From the NCBI GenBank assembly GCA_004554485.1, contig SFLS01000003.1, positions 12,484 through 76,483 on the forward strand: a stretch of 64,000 nucleotides of DNA, in the 5' to 3' direction. Position numbers and translations under genes: made by a program. The notes under the pieces are model-generated. The model had not been told where the DNA came from. It searched no databases and was given only the letters and a program-made list of their open reading frames with translations. Positions 9,952 through 19,784 of this stretch are shown here, in pieces. The DNA is from Oscillospiraceae bacterium (GTDB taxonomy: Bacteria; Bacillota; Clostridia; Oscillospirales; Ruminococcaceae). Position 1 is the first letter of the stretch. The number at the start of each line of letters is the position of its first letter.

Positions 9952-10449
9952 GTGAAGCTGGACCTGAACCGCGTACTGGAACTGCCGGGAGAAGCCGATG
10001 TGGTAACGGCGGATGTGGACCTGACATCAGTACGGCATGCAGGACGGCCCCTGTTTACGGCGCCCGTGACCGTTACCGCAAAGGCGCAGAACCGTGCCGG
10101 TGTAGTTACACTCGATTGCACCTACCGGTTTACCCTTTCGGTGCTGTGCGACCGCTGCCTGGCTCCGCTGGAGCTGCCCACAACCCGCACCGTTTCTCAT
10201 ACCGTCGTCCGCGCCGTCAGCGGGGAGGACGATGAGACTTTTTTGGTGGCAGAGGACGGGATCGTCGAGCTGGATACGCTCGCTACCAACGATCTTTTGC
10301 CGGAGCTGCCCCAGCGCTTTTTGTGTGCGGAGGACTGCAAGGGCCTGTGCCCGACATGCGGCAGGAACCTGAACGAAGGGGACTGCGGCTGCCGCAAAAC
10401 AGCGGGAGACCCCCGCATGGAGGCGCTGCGCCGTCTGTTGGAAAACTGA
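9952..10449 (+). CDS. yceD: YceD/DUF177 family protein
   Basis: CDRCL and LCAEDCKGLCPTCGRNLN...DPR motifs; upstream of rpmF. Confidence 0.9.
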   Translation: MKLDLNRVLELPGEADVVTADVDLTSVRHAGRPLFTAPVTVTAKAQNRAGVVTLDCTYRFTLSVLCDRCLAPLELPTTRTVSHTVVRAVSGEDDETFLVAEDGIVELDTLATNDLLPELPQRFLCAEDCKGLCPTCGRNLNEGDCGCRKTAGDPRMEALRRLLEN

Positions 10450-10488
10450 ATTTTTGAAATGAATGCAATCGTGTAGGAGGAAAATAAA

Positions 10489-10671
10489 ATGGCAGTACCG
10501 AAGAGAAAGCTTTCGAAAGCAAGAAAGAACAAAAGACGCAGCAATGTGTGGAAGCTGTCGGCTCCCGCTATGTGCCGCTGCACCCAGTGCGGCGCCTTTA
10601 AGCTGCCCCACCGCGTATGCCCCGCCTGCGGCTACTACAAGGGCGTAGAGGTCATCAAGGTAGAGGAATAA
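10489..10671 (+). CDS. rpmF: 50S ribosomal protein L32
   Basis: [17 protein letters not shown]...CTQCG...[13 protein letters not shown]. Confidence 0.98.
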   Translation: MAVPKRKLSKARKNKRRSNVWKLSAPAMCRCTQCGAFKLPHRVCPACGYYKGVEVIKVEE

Positions 10672-10837
10672 AACAAAATAAACCCAAACCCAAAGCGCCC
10701 GCCGGAGAATCCTCCGGCGGGTTTTGCAATGCCATACAAATACAAGCGGGAAGTTTTATGAAAAATTCTGGCGAAAAAAGAAAAAACAACCCTTTTCAAA
10801 CAGAGATTATTTTGTTAGGATAAGGGTAATAAAAAAT

Positions 10838-10883
10838 ACGTCCCCCTAGGGGGACGTCATGTTTGCTGGCAAACATGACGTCC
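10838..10883. repeat. Two overlapping perfect inverted repeats
   Basis: ACGTCCCCCT|AGGGGGACGT (10838-10857) overlaps GGACGTCATGTTTGC-TG-GCAAACATGACGTCC (10852-10883). Confidence 0.9.
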
Positions 10884-10915
10884 TTTGGGAGGGCAGTAAA
10901 AGAAGAGGTTAAACC

Positions 10916-12274
10916 ATGAAAAAATTTTTAGCAATGGCGCTGGCCCTGCTTATGGTGGCTGTAATGCTGCCGGTGATGGCGGCCGCGGCGGATGCCGAAT
11001 ATGCCATCACCGATGAGGCAGGCCTGCGCGCTGCGGTAGAGGCTATGAAGGATGGTGACAATGTTACCGTGCGGCTGAAAGAAGATGTGACCATCAACGG
11101 TTACCTGAAGGTGAGCACCGGCACGCTGACCATTCTGGGGCAGAGACACACGATAACCTTTAGCCATCACTCTTTAGTATTAAGTGGAACGGCTATACTG
11201 AATCTGGGAACCAAGGAGGGAGAAGGAACGCCGGAAAACGAACTCATTCTTACCTCCATAGATGATACAAGCGCTGTTATAAACATGGACGGTTCGGCGG
11301 TACTTAATATGTATCACGGCGTGGAAATTAGGGATTCCCGTGCGGGCGGACAGGCCGGCGGCGTGCAGTTGATTGGTGATAAAACGGTCTTTAATATGTA
11401 CGGCGGCGTGATCGATAATTGCGTGAACTGGGCTTCGGTTGCGGGTGGCGTATATATTGATGGCGGAGCTTTGTTTAATATGTATGATGGTGTTATTCGG
11501 AATTGCTCGGGATGCAAGGGCGGTGCAGTAACCGTTTCCGGGGCTGCTCCCATCTTCGGTGGTTATATAAGCGGCTCCTCCGGCTTCCATATGTATGGCG
11601 GGACTATCAAAGACTGCCACGATAAAGGGTATGGCGGCGGTGCCGTCTGCGCATATACAGCGAAACCGGTTTCGTTCATTATGGACGGCGGCACCATTAC
11701 CGGCTGCAGCGGAGACGGTAATGGTTATGGCGGCGCTGTATTTATCTTCACTACGCATCCGGACGCTGTGATTGAAATCAATAAGGGTGAGATCACCGGG
11801 AATACCGGCGTCTATGGCGGCGGAGTATTTGTCTACGAAGGAACGGTGAAGATCGCCGACGGTGTGGCGCTGCACAATAATACGGCCACAGTTGAGGGCG
11901 ACGACCTCTACAATGAAAGCGGCAGCATCACATTAGGGAAGCTGCCCACCGGACTGAAGCTGGCCGCCTGCGGGTGCGACATTGACGGCTGGTACCATGA
12001 TGAAGACGGCGCACGGTGGAGCAGTAAGAAGTGCGGCGGGGAAGCCGACCAGATGGAAAAATATACGGAGACCACCATCACAGAGGGCTGCGCCCTGAAG
12101 GCTGCCCACGGTGAAGCACCGGCAGCGGAGCCTCCTTTGATTATTATTGTGCCGGAGGCGCCGGAGCAGGAGGCCCCCAACCCGACAACCGGGAGCCGTG
12201 ACCTTGCGGATGTGGCTGCGGCCATGGCGGCGGTTTCGCTGCTGGGCGCTGCTGCGGTCATCCGTAAGAAATAA
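10916..12274 (+). CDS. Cell-wall-anchored surface protein with beta-helix-like GG repeats and NPTTG sorting signal
   Basis: Signal peptide; repeated FNMYGGxI...GGAV units; C-terminal NPTTG + hydrophobic helix + RKK. Confidence 0.8.
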   Translation: MKKFLAMALALLMVAVMLPVMAAAADAEYAITDEAGLRAAVEAMKDGDNVTVRLKEDVTINGYLKVSTGTLTILGQRHTITFSHHSLVLSGTAILNLGTKEGEGTPENELILTSIDDTSAVINMDGSAVLNMYHGVEIRDSRAGGQAGGVQLIGDKTVFNMYGGVIDNCVNWASVAGGVYIDGGALFNMYDGVIRNCSGCKGGAVTVSGAAPIFGGYISGSSGFHMYGGTIKDCHDKGYGGGAVCAYTAKPVSFIMDGGTITGCSGDGNGYGGAVFIFTTHPDAVIEINKGEITGNTGVYGGGVFVYEGTVKIADGVALHNNTATVEGDDLYNESGSITLGKLPTGLKLAACGCDIDGWYHDEDGARWSSKKCGGEADQMEKYTETTITEGCALKAAHGEAPAAEPPLIIIVPEAPEQEAPNPTTGSRDLADVAAAMAAVSLLGAAAVIRKK

Positions 12275-12322
12275 ACTGAACTGAAAGCCGGACGGGCATT
12301 TGTGTGCGGTGCCCGCCATAAG

Positions 12323-12354
12323 GCAAAAAGCTCCCCGAAAGGGGAGCTTTTTGC
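12323..12354. terminator. Bidirectional intrinsic terminator
   Basis: GCAAAAAGCTCCCC-GAAA-GGGGAGCTTTTTGC between convergent genes. Confidence 0.85.
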
Positions 12355-12362
12355 GTGGCGCT

Positions 12363-13364
12363 TTATTCGTCGCGGTGGACCACCATGTTCCAGCAGGTCT
12401 GGCGGAAGGTGATCTTATTCTGCTTGGCGATCTCATCCAGCACCCGGCAGGTGGCCAGCGAAATGGAAAGGTAAGCCTCATTGCCGCCGCGGCGCTTTAT
12501 CATCGTGATGAAAGCGTCCAGCTCGGCATAAAGGGCGGAGGTATCGTCCTCCGGGGGGATCTCTTTCGGTTCCTGTCCGCGCAGGCAGAGGGTGAGGGGA
12601 GACATGGTATCCCATTTGCCTATCACAATCGCGCCCTTTTCGCCCTCGATGACACTGGGCAGGAGGCTGTCGGCGATCTTGCTCCAGCGCCATTCCGCCA
12701 AAAAGCCGGGGTACTGGGCAATCGCCGCGCCCTGCGCTTCAAATTCGCCCAGCTTGCTGCAGAACGAAGCGATGCGCTCCGGTTCGCCGGCCAGGGCGAT
12801 GGTGGGGGCGATGCAGTAAACGCCCAGATCCGCCACGGCGGCGTTGTTCAGCCGGGGATCGAAGGCATTGGGCCGGCCGCCGGCAAGGTAGCTGTCGTAC
12901 CGGCTGGAATACTGGCAGTACCCGGCGGTGATGCGGCGCAGCGTGCCGATCTCCGGGATCAGCTCGTGCAGGCGGCGGAACCCCGGCGTAAAGAGGGGGC
13001 GCATCCCCTCCAGCAGGATGACGCGGCTGTTGTGGGCCTGCAGCACCATGCCGTCGCAATCAATGTAGGTGGTGGCCATCGGCTTCTCGCACAGGATATG
13101 CTTGCCGGTTTTCATCAGGGTGATGGCCTGCTCGGCATGGCACAGGTTGGGGCTGGCGATATAGACGGCATCCACCTCGGGGCAGTCGGCCAGCGCCTGC
13201 AGGTCGGTAAAGGTAAGCGTGGCGCCCCACTGCGAGGCAAATTCGGCGGCGCGCTCCGGCGTGCGGGAGTAGACGGCGGCAAGCTGAAATTCGGGGTGCT
13301 TTTTGGCTTCGGTCAAAAACTGTTCAACGATTTTTCCGGAGCCGATAGTAGCAAAACGGATCAT
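12363..13364 (-). CDS. Gfo/Idh/MocA family oxidoreductase
   Basis: RFATIGSGKI, VDAVYIASPN..H, KHILCEKP. Confidence 0.92.
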   Translation of the reverse strand: MIRFATIGSGKIVEQFLTEAKKHPEFQLAAVYSRTPERAAEFASQWGATLTFTDLQALADCPEVDAVYIASPNLCHAEQAITLMKTGKHILCEKPMATTYIDCDGMVLQAHNSRVILLEGMRPLFTPGFRRLHELIPEIGTLRRITAGYCQYSSRYDSYLAGGRPNAFDPRLNNAAVADLGVYCIAPTIALAGEPERIASFCSKLGEFEAQGAAIAQYPGFLAEWRWSKIADSLLPSVIEGEKGAIVIGKWDTMSPLTLCLRGQEPKEIPPEDDTSALYAELDAFITMIKRRGGNEAYLSISLATCRVLDEIAKQNKITFRQTCWNMVVHRDE

Positions 13365-13400
13365 GGGGGAACCTCCTTGGAACATAAAATGGGGGAAGGG

Positions 13401-14705
13401 TCAGAAGCGGCCCAGCAGGGCATCCAGCAGCTCGGCGCCCGACATACCGACGACCGCCACCGGGACATTCAGCGCAGCGGAGACCTCCTGGGGGGTAGTG
13501 TCATCCAGAAAGCGGTCCTTTTCATCGCGCAGCATGATCTCCGGCAGGATGAGCGTATCGTCCAGGGGCTGATCCTTCAGATGCTCGATGATATCCCGCC
13601 CGCAGACCAGCCCGGTGACGTTGACCCCACCGCCGAAGGTGCGGTTGGGGATGCCGTAGACGGTAAGCCGGCGATGAGGGAATTTCTCCCGGGCTGTTTC
13701 CAGCAGCTCCCGCAGCAGGGGCGCCGCGGCTTCGCCGGTGGCAAGGGAAAAGCGGCTGGCTTCGGCGTCGCCGTCCTCCTCCGCCAGCGCCGCGGCAAAT
13801 TCCTGCCGCAGCAGCGCGGTGGTGCCGACGCCGTTGCCCAGCTGGTCAAAGTCCTCGTAGTAATCGTAATCCGGCAGGGGCAGTCCCGCGATAAGATACA
13901 GCTCATCGGCGCAGAAGGCGATGCGGCTGCCATGGCGCCGCAGCATCTCCGCTCCGAATTCATCGGCGATGCGGATACAATCAGCGGCTTCGGCTGGGAT
14001 CATCATGCGCAGAGAATACAGCCCCTCCCGATGTCCGGTGAGCCCCACCGGCACCAGCGCGATGCTTTGCAGCTCCGGGGCGTACTGCCCCAGATCCCAC
14101 AGACTGCGGCGCAGCTGTTCGCCGTCATTCAGGCCGGGGCAGATGACGATCTGGGCGTTGATACGGATATGATGCGCCGCCAGCTGCGGAAGATACCGGA
14201 GAACCTCGCCGCTGCGGGGATTTTTCATCATCCGGACCCGCAGCTCGGGGTCGGTGGCGTGGACCGAGATATTGATGGGGCTGATGTGCATTTTGATGAT
14301 GCGGGCAATATCCTCGTCGGTCATGTTGGTGAGGGTGACATAGCTGCCGAACAGAAAGCTCATGCGGCTGTCGTCATCCTTGAAGTACAACGTTTCCCGC
14401 ATCCCCTTCGGGAGCTGATCGACAAAGCAGAAGACGCATTTATTGGCGCAGCAGTGCTGCCGGTCCATCAGGTAATCCTCAAACTCCAGTCCCAGCTCGT
14501 CATATTCCGGCTTGCGGATGGAAAAACGGAGCGTTTCTTCGCCCCGCAGCACCTCGACGCTCAGGCGGGTATCGATCATATAAAAGCGGTAATCCAGGAC
14601 ATCCCGGATAACGCTGCCGTTGATGGAAAGCAGCCGGTCCCCGGCCCGGATGCCGGCCCTGGCCGCCGGGGTATGGGGAGTGACCGATTCAATAGCGATG
14701 GACAT
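13401..14705 (-). CDS. PDZ + radical-SAM-like DUF512 protein
   Basis: N-terminal PDZ (AGIRAGDRLLSING), CANKCVFCFVDQLP, FKDDDSRMSFLFG. Confidence 0.88.
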   Translation of the reverse strand: MSIAIESVTPHTPAARAGIRAGDRLLSINGSVIRDVLDYRFYMIDTRLSVEVLRGEETLRFSIRKPEYDELGLEFEDYLMDRQHCCANKCVFCFVDQLPKGMRETLYFKDDDSRMSFLFGSYVTLTNMTDEDIARIIKMHISPINISVHATDPELRVRMMKNPRSGEVLRYLPQLAAHHIRINAQIVICPGLNDGEQLRRSLWDLGQYAPELQSIALVPVGLTGHREGLYSLRMMIPAEAADCIRIADEFGAEMLRRHGSRIAFCADELYLIAGLPLPDYDYYEDFDQLGNGVGTTALLRQEFAAALAEEDGDAEASRFSLATGEAAAPLLRELLETAREKFPHRRLTVYGIPNRTFGGGVNVTGLVCGRDIIEHLKDQPLDDTLILPEIMLRDEKDRFLDDTTPQEVSAALNVPVAVVGMSGAELLDALLGRF

Positions 14706-14722
14706 ATTTTTTCTCCCGATGA

Positions 14723-15244
14723 TCAGATTTGATATTCCAGAAAGATGAGCTCCTCCGGGATGCGGCCTTGGAACAGGACCTCGGCCCGGCCGCAGAGGGA
14801 AAAGCCGTTTGTTTGGTACAGGCGGGCGGCGGGGGTGTTGCCGGCCCAGGTATCCAGCCGGATGACGGTGCAGCCCATGGCGGCGGCGTGCTGCTTGGCG
14901 TACTGGACCATCTGCCGGCCCAGGCCGCGCCCCGCATGGCAGGGCGGGATGCAGAGGGTGTGGATGACCAGCACCTGCTCCGGCGGGGCGGAGTACTGCC
15001 AGTTGATCTCGGTATAAAATTCATCCTGATGCTGATTGAGGATGACGCTGGCGACCGTTTCGCCCGCCTCCTCCAGCACATAGAGAGTGCCTTCGGCCTG
15101 CGCTTTGGCGGCCGTTTCCCGGGTGGGATAAACCCCCAGTGCCCAGTTGGTGGTGCTGCGACCGGTTTCGGTCTCGTGGGTCAGCAGTTCGGTGTAGTGA
15201 CGCTCAATGGTGTCGAGATCGGATGCAGTGGCAGGACGGAACAT
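14723..15244 (-). CDS. GNAT-family acetyltransferase
   Basis: AAGGAG RBS; IHTLCIPP..AGRGLGRQMV; RLDT..GNTPAARLY. Confidence 0.88.
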   Translation of the reverse strand: MFRPATASDLDTIERHYTELLTHETETGRSTTNWALGVYPTRETAAKAQAEGTLYVLEEAGETVASVILNQHQDEFYTEINWQYSAPPEQVLVIHTLCIPPCHAGRGLGRQMVQYAKQHAAAMGCTVIRLDTWAGNTPAARLYQTNGFSLCGRAEVLFQGRIPEELIFLEYQI

Positions 15245-15257
15245 AAGGGACTCCTTT

Positions 15258-15404
15258 TTAATTGAGGATAAAGTGAAGAAAGAGAGCCGCGGCCCAGCAG
15301 GCAGCGACGGTGCAAAGCACGGTGACGCCGCGGGGCAGGCGGCCGCGGGAAAGACCGATGGTGAGCAGCAAAAAGACGGTGACGAAAAGAAACAGATAGG
15401 GCAT
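15258..15404 (-). CDS. Small membrane protein (48 aa; below the ORF-track cutoff)
   Basis: GAAAGGAG RBS; MPYLFLFVTVFLLLTIGLSRGRLPRGVTVLCTVAACWAAALFLHFILN; stop abuts the next RBS. Confidence 0.65.
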   Translation of the reverse strand: MPYLFLFVTVFLLLTIGLSRGRLPRGVTVLCTVAACWAAALFLHFILN

Positions 15405-15463
15405 GAGAGCGACTCCTTTCGGGGGGTTGCAGAGAGGCTGCGAAAGGGGAAGCAGGCGGAGAG

Positions 15464-15548
15464 CGGCCCGCAGGGCCGGCCGCCGAAGGCGGCCGCGGCG
15501 GCGCTTCGCGCCGCCGGTTTCGGCATGGCCGAAACGCCCTGCGGGCCG
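15464..15548. repeat. Four-way-junction palindromic element, copy A
   Basis: CGGCCCGCAGGGC + three perfect hairpins (loops GAA, TTC, ATG) + GCCCTGCGGGCCG. Confidence 0.9.
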
Positions 15549-15566
15549 TCCGGCGTCTTTTGCAAG

Positions 15567-16871
15567 CTATTCGGCAAGGATCCCCTCGCAGCCGTCGCCG
15601 TCGGGGGCAATGGCGGTCAGCAGTACCTGGCGGATCTCGCCGGGGCGGATCGCCGGATCAAAGACGGTGACGGGGGTGTAATTGGGGGTGTAGCCGGTAA
15701 AACCCTGCTGCCCTCGCTGCTCAAACAGCACCGGCTGGCGGCTGCCCAGCATGCTGCTCAGGGCGGCGGCGCGCAGTTCGGCGGCAACGGCGATCAGCTC
15801 GGCGCAGCGGCGCTTTTTCTCGGCCGGCGGCACCTGATTCGGCATAGCGGCGGCCCGGGTGCCGGGCCGTTGGCTGTACGCAAAGGCGTGGATCTTGGCA
15901 AAGCCGATTTCCCGGGCAAAGTCCAGCGACTCCCGGTGGTCCTCCGGCGTTTCGCCGGCAAAACCGACCATCATATCGGTGGTGAGGGCCGCTCCAGGGA
16001 AGGCATCCCGGACGGCGGCGGCGACCGCGCGGTACTGGGCGGTATCGTAGTGGCGGTTCATGCGGGCCAGGGTGGCGTCGCAGCCGCTTTGCAGCGAAAG
16101 GTGGAACTGGGGGCAGAGCTTTTCTCCGCAGCCCTCCGCCAGCCGGTAGATCTCTTGCGGGGTCAGCAGATCCGGCTCGATGGAGCCGAGCCGCACCCGT
16201 TCGATACCGGGAACGGCGGCCGCAGCCAGAACGGCATCGGAAAGGTGCAGGCCCCATTCGCGTCCGTAGTTGGAAAGGTTGATGCCAGTCAGGACGATCT
16301 CCCGGTAGCCATTCTGTGCCAGCGCCTGCAGCTCGGCGGAAAGCTCCGCCATCGGCTTGCTGCGCACCGGGCCGCGGGCGGCGGGAATAATGCAGTAGCT
16401 GCACCAGTTATCGCAGCCGTCCTGGATTTTGAGAAAGGCGCGGGTACGCACCCCGAAATCGGCGGCGGAGCAGGCTTCGAAGGCTTCGCCGCTTTGGTGC
16501 GCGGGGATGCTGACAATGCGCTGCCGGTCAACGGCAAAGGCCTTGACCAGCTCCGGCAGGGCGGTGCGGTTCCGGGCGCCGGTGACGATATCCGCCTCCG
16601 GGATGTCGGCGGCCTCCTTTGGGAAGGCCTGCGGATAGCAGCCGGTCAGCACGACGATGGCGCCGGGGTTTTCCCGGCGGAATCGCCGCACCGCCTGACG
16701 GGTCTTGCGGTCGCCTTCGGCAGTGACGGTGCAGCTGCCCACCACATAGACGTCGCAGCCCGGCGCGTGGCCGGCCACGACGTCAAAGCCGGCGGCGGCA
16801 AACCGCGCCGACAGCACCTCGGTTTCGTATTGGTTCACCTTGCAGCCAAGGGTATAAAAGGCAACGCGCAT
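15567..16871 (-). CDS. mtaB: tRNA t6A37 methylthiotransferase MtaB
   Basis: TLGCKVNQYE, CTVT, KIQDGCDNWCSYC, RVRLGSIEP, HLSLQSG. Confidence 0.92.
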   Translation of the reverse strand: MRVAFYTLGCKVNQYETEVLSARFAAAGFDVVAGHAPGCDVYVVGSCTVTAEGDRKTRQAVRRFRRENPGAIVVLTGCYPQAFPKEAADIPEADIVTGARNRTALPELVKAFAVDRQRIVSIPAHQSGEAFEACSAADFGVRTRAFLKIQDGCDNWCSYCIIPAARGPVRSKPMAELSAELQALAQNGYREIVLTGINLSNYGREWGLHLSDAVLAAAAVPGIERVRLGSIEPDLLTPQEIYRLAEGCGEKLCPQFHLSLQSGCDATLARMNRHYDTAQYRAVAAAVRDAFPGAALTTDMMVGFAGETPEDHRESLDFAREIGFAKIHAFAYSQRPGTRAAAMPNQVPPAEKKRRCAELIAVAAELRAAALSSMLGSRQPVLFEQRGQQGFTGYTPNYTPVTVFDPAIRPGEIRQVLLTAIAPDGDGCEGILAE

Positions 16872-17016
16872 CGTCGGTCCTCCGGGGAATAACATTAGCG
16901 ATACTATTATAGCGGGTTTGCGGCGGAGTAGCAAGCCATCCGCCATAAAAGGGGCTTGCGGACCGCGCGGTGGCAGGCTACAATGAATAAAACGAAAGGA
17001 CAACGGGAGAAGAGCG

Positions 17017-17568
17017 ATGGAGATCAGAAAAGGGACGGCGCGGGAATTGGACGAGCTGGCGGCGCTGTATGATGCGGTCTGCGGCGCGCTGGAGGCCGGG
17101 ATCAACTACCCGGGCTGGCGCCGGGACATCTACCCCACCCGGGAGGACGCCGAGCGGGGCGTTGCGGCGGGGGAGCTATATGTCGCGGTGGAGCAGGGAG
17201 CCATTGTCGGGACAATGATCCTGCGGCAGGGACAGGAGCCGGGCTACCGGACTGCCCGCTGGGGCCGGGAGCTGACCGACGGCGAGGTGCTGACGGTGTA
17301 TACGTTTGCGGTGCACCCCGGCCATACCGGCAAAGGGGTGGGCGCCGCCATGCTGGCCTTTGCCGAGCGGCTGGCTGCCACACAGGGCAAAAAGGCGCTG
17401 CGGCTGGATGTTTACGAGAAAAACACGCCGGCCATGCGGCTGTATGAAAAATGCGGGTTTCGTTATATTGCTACCGTGGATTTGGGATATTCCAACCACG
17501 GACTGAAGTGGTTTAAGCTGTACGAAAAGCTGCTGGATGGCGGCGTGCCGGAGCAGCAGGAATCCTAA
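17017..17568 (+). CDS. GNAT-family acetyltransferase
   Basis: FAVHPGHTGKGVG; RLDVYEKNTPAMRLYEKCGF. Confidence 0.9.
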   Translation: MEIRKGTARELDELAALYDAVCGALEAGINYPGWRRDIYPTREDAERGVAAGELYVAVEQGAIVGTMILRQGQEPGYRTARWGRELTDGEVLTVYTFAVHPGHTGKGVGAAMLAFAERLAATQGKKALRLDVYEKNTPAMRLYEKCGFRYIATVDLGYSNHGLKWFKLYEKLLDGGVPEQQES

Positions 17569-17588
17569 GAACGAAAGGAGGACACGGC

Positions 17589-18152
17589 ATGGAACCGGGA
17601 AAACTGTTGGAGACCCTGGCGGTGGCGGGACGGCTGAAGGAGGTACCCCGGCACTGCGTTATGGCGGGCGGCCGGCACGAAAGTGTGGCGGAACACTGCT
17701 GGCGGGCGGCGCTGATGGCCTATTTTTTGCGGGATGAGTTCCCCGAAGCGGATATGGACAAGGTGATCGCGATGTGCCTGATCCACGACCTGGGCGAGGC
17801 CTTTACCGGAGATATCCCCGCATTTCGCAAGACTGCGGAGGACGAGCAGGAGGAGGAGCGCCGGCTGCACGACTGGGTGAAAACGCTGCCGCAGCCCTAC
17901 GCCGGAGAGATGCTGGCGCTGTACGGAGAAATGGCGGCGCGGCAAACCACCGAAGCGAAAATCTACAAGGCGATCGACAACATGGAGGCGGTGATCCAGC
18001 ACAACGAATCGCCGCTGGAGAGCTGGCTGCCGGAGGAGTATCCGCTGAACCTGACCTACGGGACGGATAAGGCGGCCTTTTCCGCCTACCTGACGGCGCT
18101 GCGGGCGGCGGTCCGGGAGGTGACCGAGCGGAAGATCGCGGAGGGGAAATAG
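17589..18152 (+). CDS. HD-domain phosphohydrolase (YfbR/HDDC2-like)
   Basis: ESVAEHCWR, MCLIHDLGEAFTGDIP. Confidence 0.88.
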   Translation: MEPGKLLETLAVAGRLKEVPRHCVMAGGRHESVAEHCWRAALMAYFLRDEFPEADMDKVIAMCLIHDLGEAFTGDIPAFRKTAEDEQEEERRLHDWVKTLPQPYAGEMLALYGEMAARQTTEAKIYKAIDNMEAVIQHNESPLESWLPEEYPLNLTYGTDKAAFSAYLTALRAAVREVTERKIAEGK

Positions 18153-18238
18153 GCCCCGAAAACGAAATATACAGGGGAACGGGCCCTTCCGCCGGATGGC
18201 GGGAGAGCCCGGTTTTTTGCGGGAATGGGGAGGGAGGG

Positions 18239-18316
18239 GGCCCCGCAGGGGCCCGAGGCGGAGCCTCGGGGGACGGGCATGGCCCGTCACGGCGCGAAGC
18301 GCCGCCCTGCGGGGCC
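18239..18316. repeat. Four-way-junction palindromic element, copy B
   Basis: GGCCCCGCAGGG + hairpins (GGA, ATG, GAA) + CCCTGCGGGGCC; 74/78 identical to copy D. Confidence 0.9.
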
Positions 18317-18456
18317 ACACCCGCGCCCTCTGCTAATGCCAATAATACCCAATGAAGGAAACCGCTTTGCAAAGCGGAAAAAATATGCTATACTATTGCC
18401 ATACGCTGACATACTTGCCAGGATCCGCAAAAGATCCCCGGAAAAAGGAGAAGAAT

Positions 18457-19602
18457 ATGGCAGAAAACATCAAAGAGATGACTGAGGAGCGCAGGGCAGA
18501 GCGGGCAAAAGTATACCGCCGCAGAAGAATACTGGTCGGCGCCGGGGCAGCGGCGCTGTGCGTTGCGGTGGGCGTTGGTGTCAACGCCATGGGGACGGCA
18601 CAGGCGGCAGAGGCCCTGCAGACGGCGCTGACGGCGGCCGAGAACCGGCAGGCAGAACGGCAGCAGGATGCCGCGCTGGCCGTCCGGGAGAACCGCACGG
18701 TGGCCGAGACCAACCTGACTGCCTATGTGGAGGAGGCCGCAAAGGAGGCTGAAACCGCACTAGCCAAGGCTGCTGCCGCCGCGAAACAAAGCGCGCCGGC
18801 GACGAATCTGTCAGCTGGCGCATCCACCGGACTGCCCGCCAACCCCGGCATGACCAATGCGGTCGGCCGGGCGCTCAGCGCCTCCCAAACCGGCGGCAAT
18901 TTCCGGGCTTCGGCCTATAACGGCGTCACCGGCGTGGGGAACCTGTCCTATTACCAGTCCATCAACAGCGACGTCAAGGCCTGGCTGAGGATCCCCGGGA
19001 CCAACATCAACTACCCCGTACTGCAGAACGCCTACGAGGATCACTACTACCTGCACCGGGGCCTGGACCGCGGCCAAAGCTATTACGGCGTGCTGTGGAC
19101 CCAGACCGCGACCCAGTTCGGCAGCGGCGCCAGCCTTTCCAGCAATACCGTGATCTACGGCCACAACTGGAAAAACTGCAAGTGGAACGCCGCCCCAGCC
19201 ACCTATTACGCCGGCCAGCAGATGTTTGAATCGCTGCTGAGCTATCATTACACCAGCTGGGCGGAGCAGTATCCCTACATCTACTATTCCACCCCCAGCG
19301 AGGAGATGACCTTCGTCATCTTCGCCTGCTTCTACACCGAGGGGACGACCTGGTATATCAATGCCGAGGGAAATATCGACAGCGTCATCAGCGAGGCGCA
19401 AAGCCGCTCCCGCCATACCTTCGGGGTGGACGTCAACTCCTCCGATAAGCTGCTGACCCTTTCCACCTGCACCCGCTATTACGGCAACACCGATAACCAG
19501 CGGTTTGTGGTGATGGCGCGGCTGCTGCGTCCGGGCGAGACCATCGGACCGGTCTCGGTCAGCTATAACCCAAACCACCGGCAGCCCAATGTCTGGGGCT
19601 GA
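18457..19602 (+). CDS. Class B sortase with N-terminal TM and Ala-rich linker
   Basis: AWLRIPGTNINYPV, NTVIYGHN, LLTLSTC, RFVVMARL. Confidence 0.85.
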   Translation: MAENIKEMTEERRAERAKVYRRRRILVGAGAAALCVAVGVGVNAMGTAQAAEALQTALTAAENRQAERQQDAALAVRENRTVAETNLTAYVEEAAKEAETALAKAAAAAKQSAPATNLSAGASTGLPANPGMTNAVGRALSASQTGGNFRASAYNGVTGVGNLSYYQSINSDVKAWLRIPGTNINYPVLQNAYEDHYYLHRGLDRGQSYYGVLWTQTATQFGSGASLSSNTVIYGHNWKNCKWNAAPATYYAGQQMFESLLSYHYTSWAEQYPYIYYSTPSEEMTFVIFACFYTEGTTWYINAEGNIDSVISEAQSRSRHTFGVDVNSSDKLLTLSTCTRYYGNTDNQRFVVMARLLRPGETIGPVSVSYNPNHRQPNVWG

Positions 19603-19784
19603 ACCGGGGCCCGTGGTAAAAACCGAATATCCTGCTGCCTGCCGCGCCGCTTTTACAAAAAGCCGGCGCGGCGGGCCGTATTTTTGGCGGGAAGCGGCCG
19701 AAATGCAAATCTTCCATTGCAAAATGCGCCTTTCCCTGCTATGATAAAAGGCAGCAGAAACCATTGGAGAGGGGACCTTTGACC

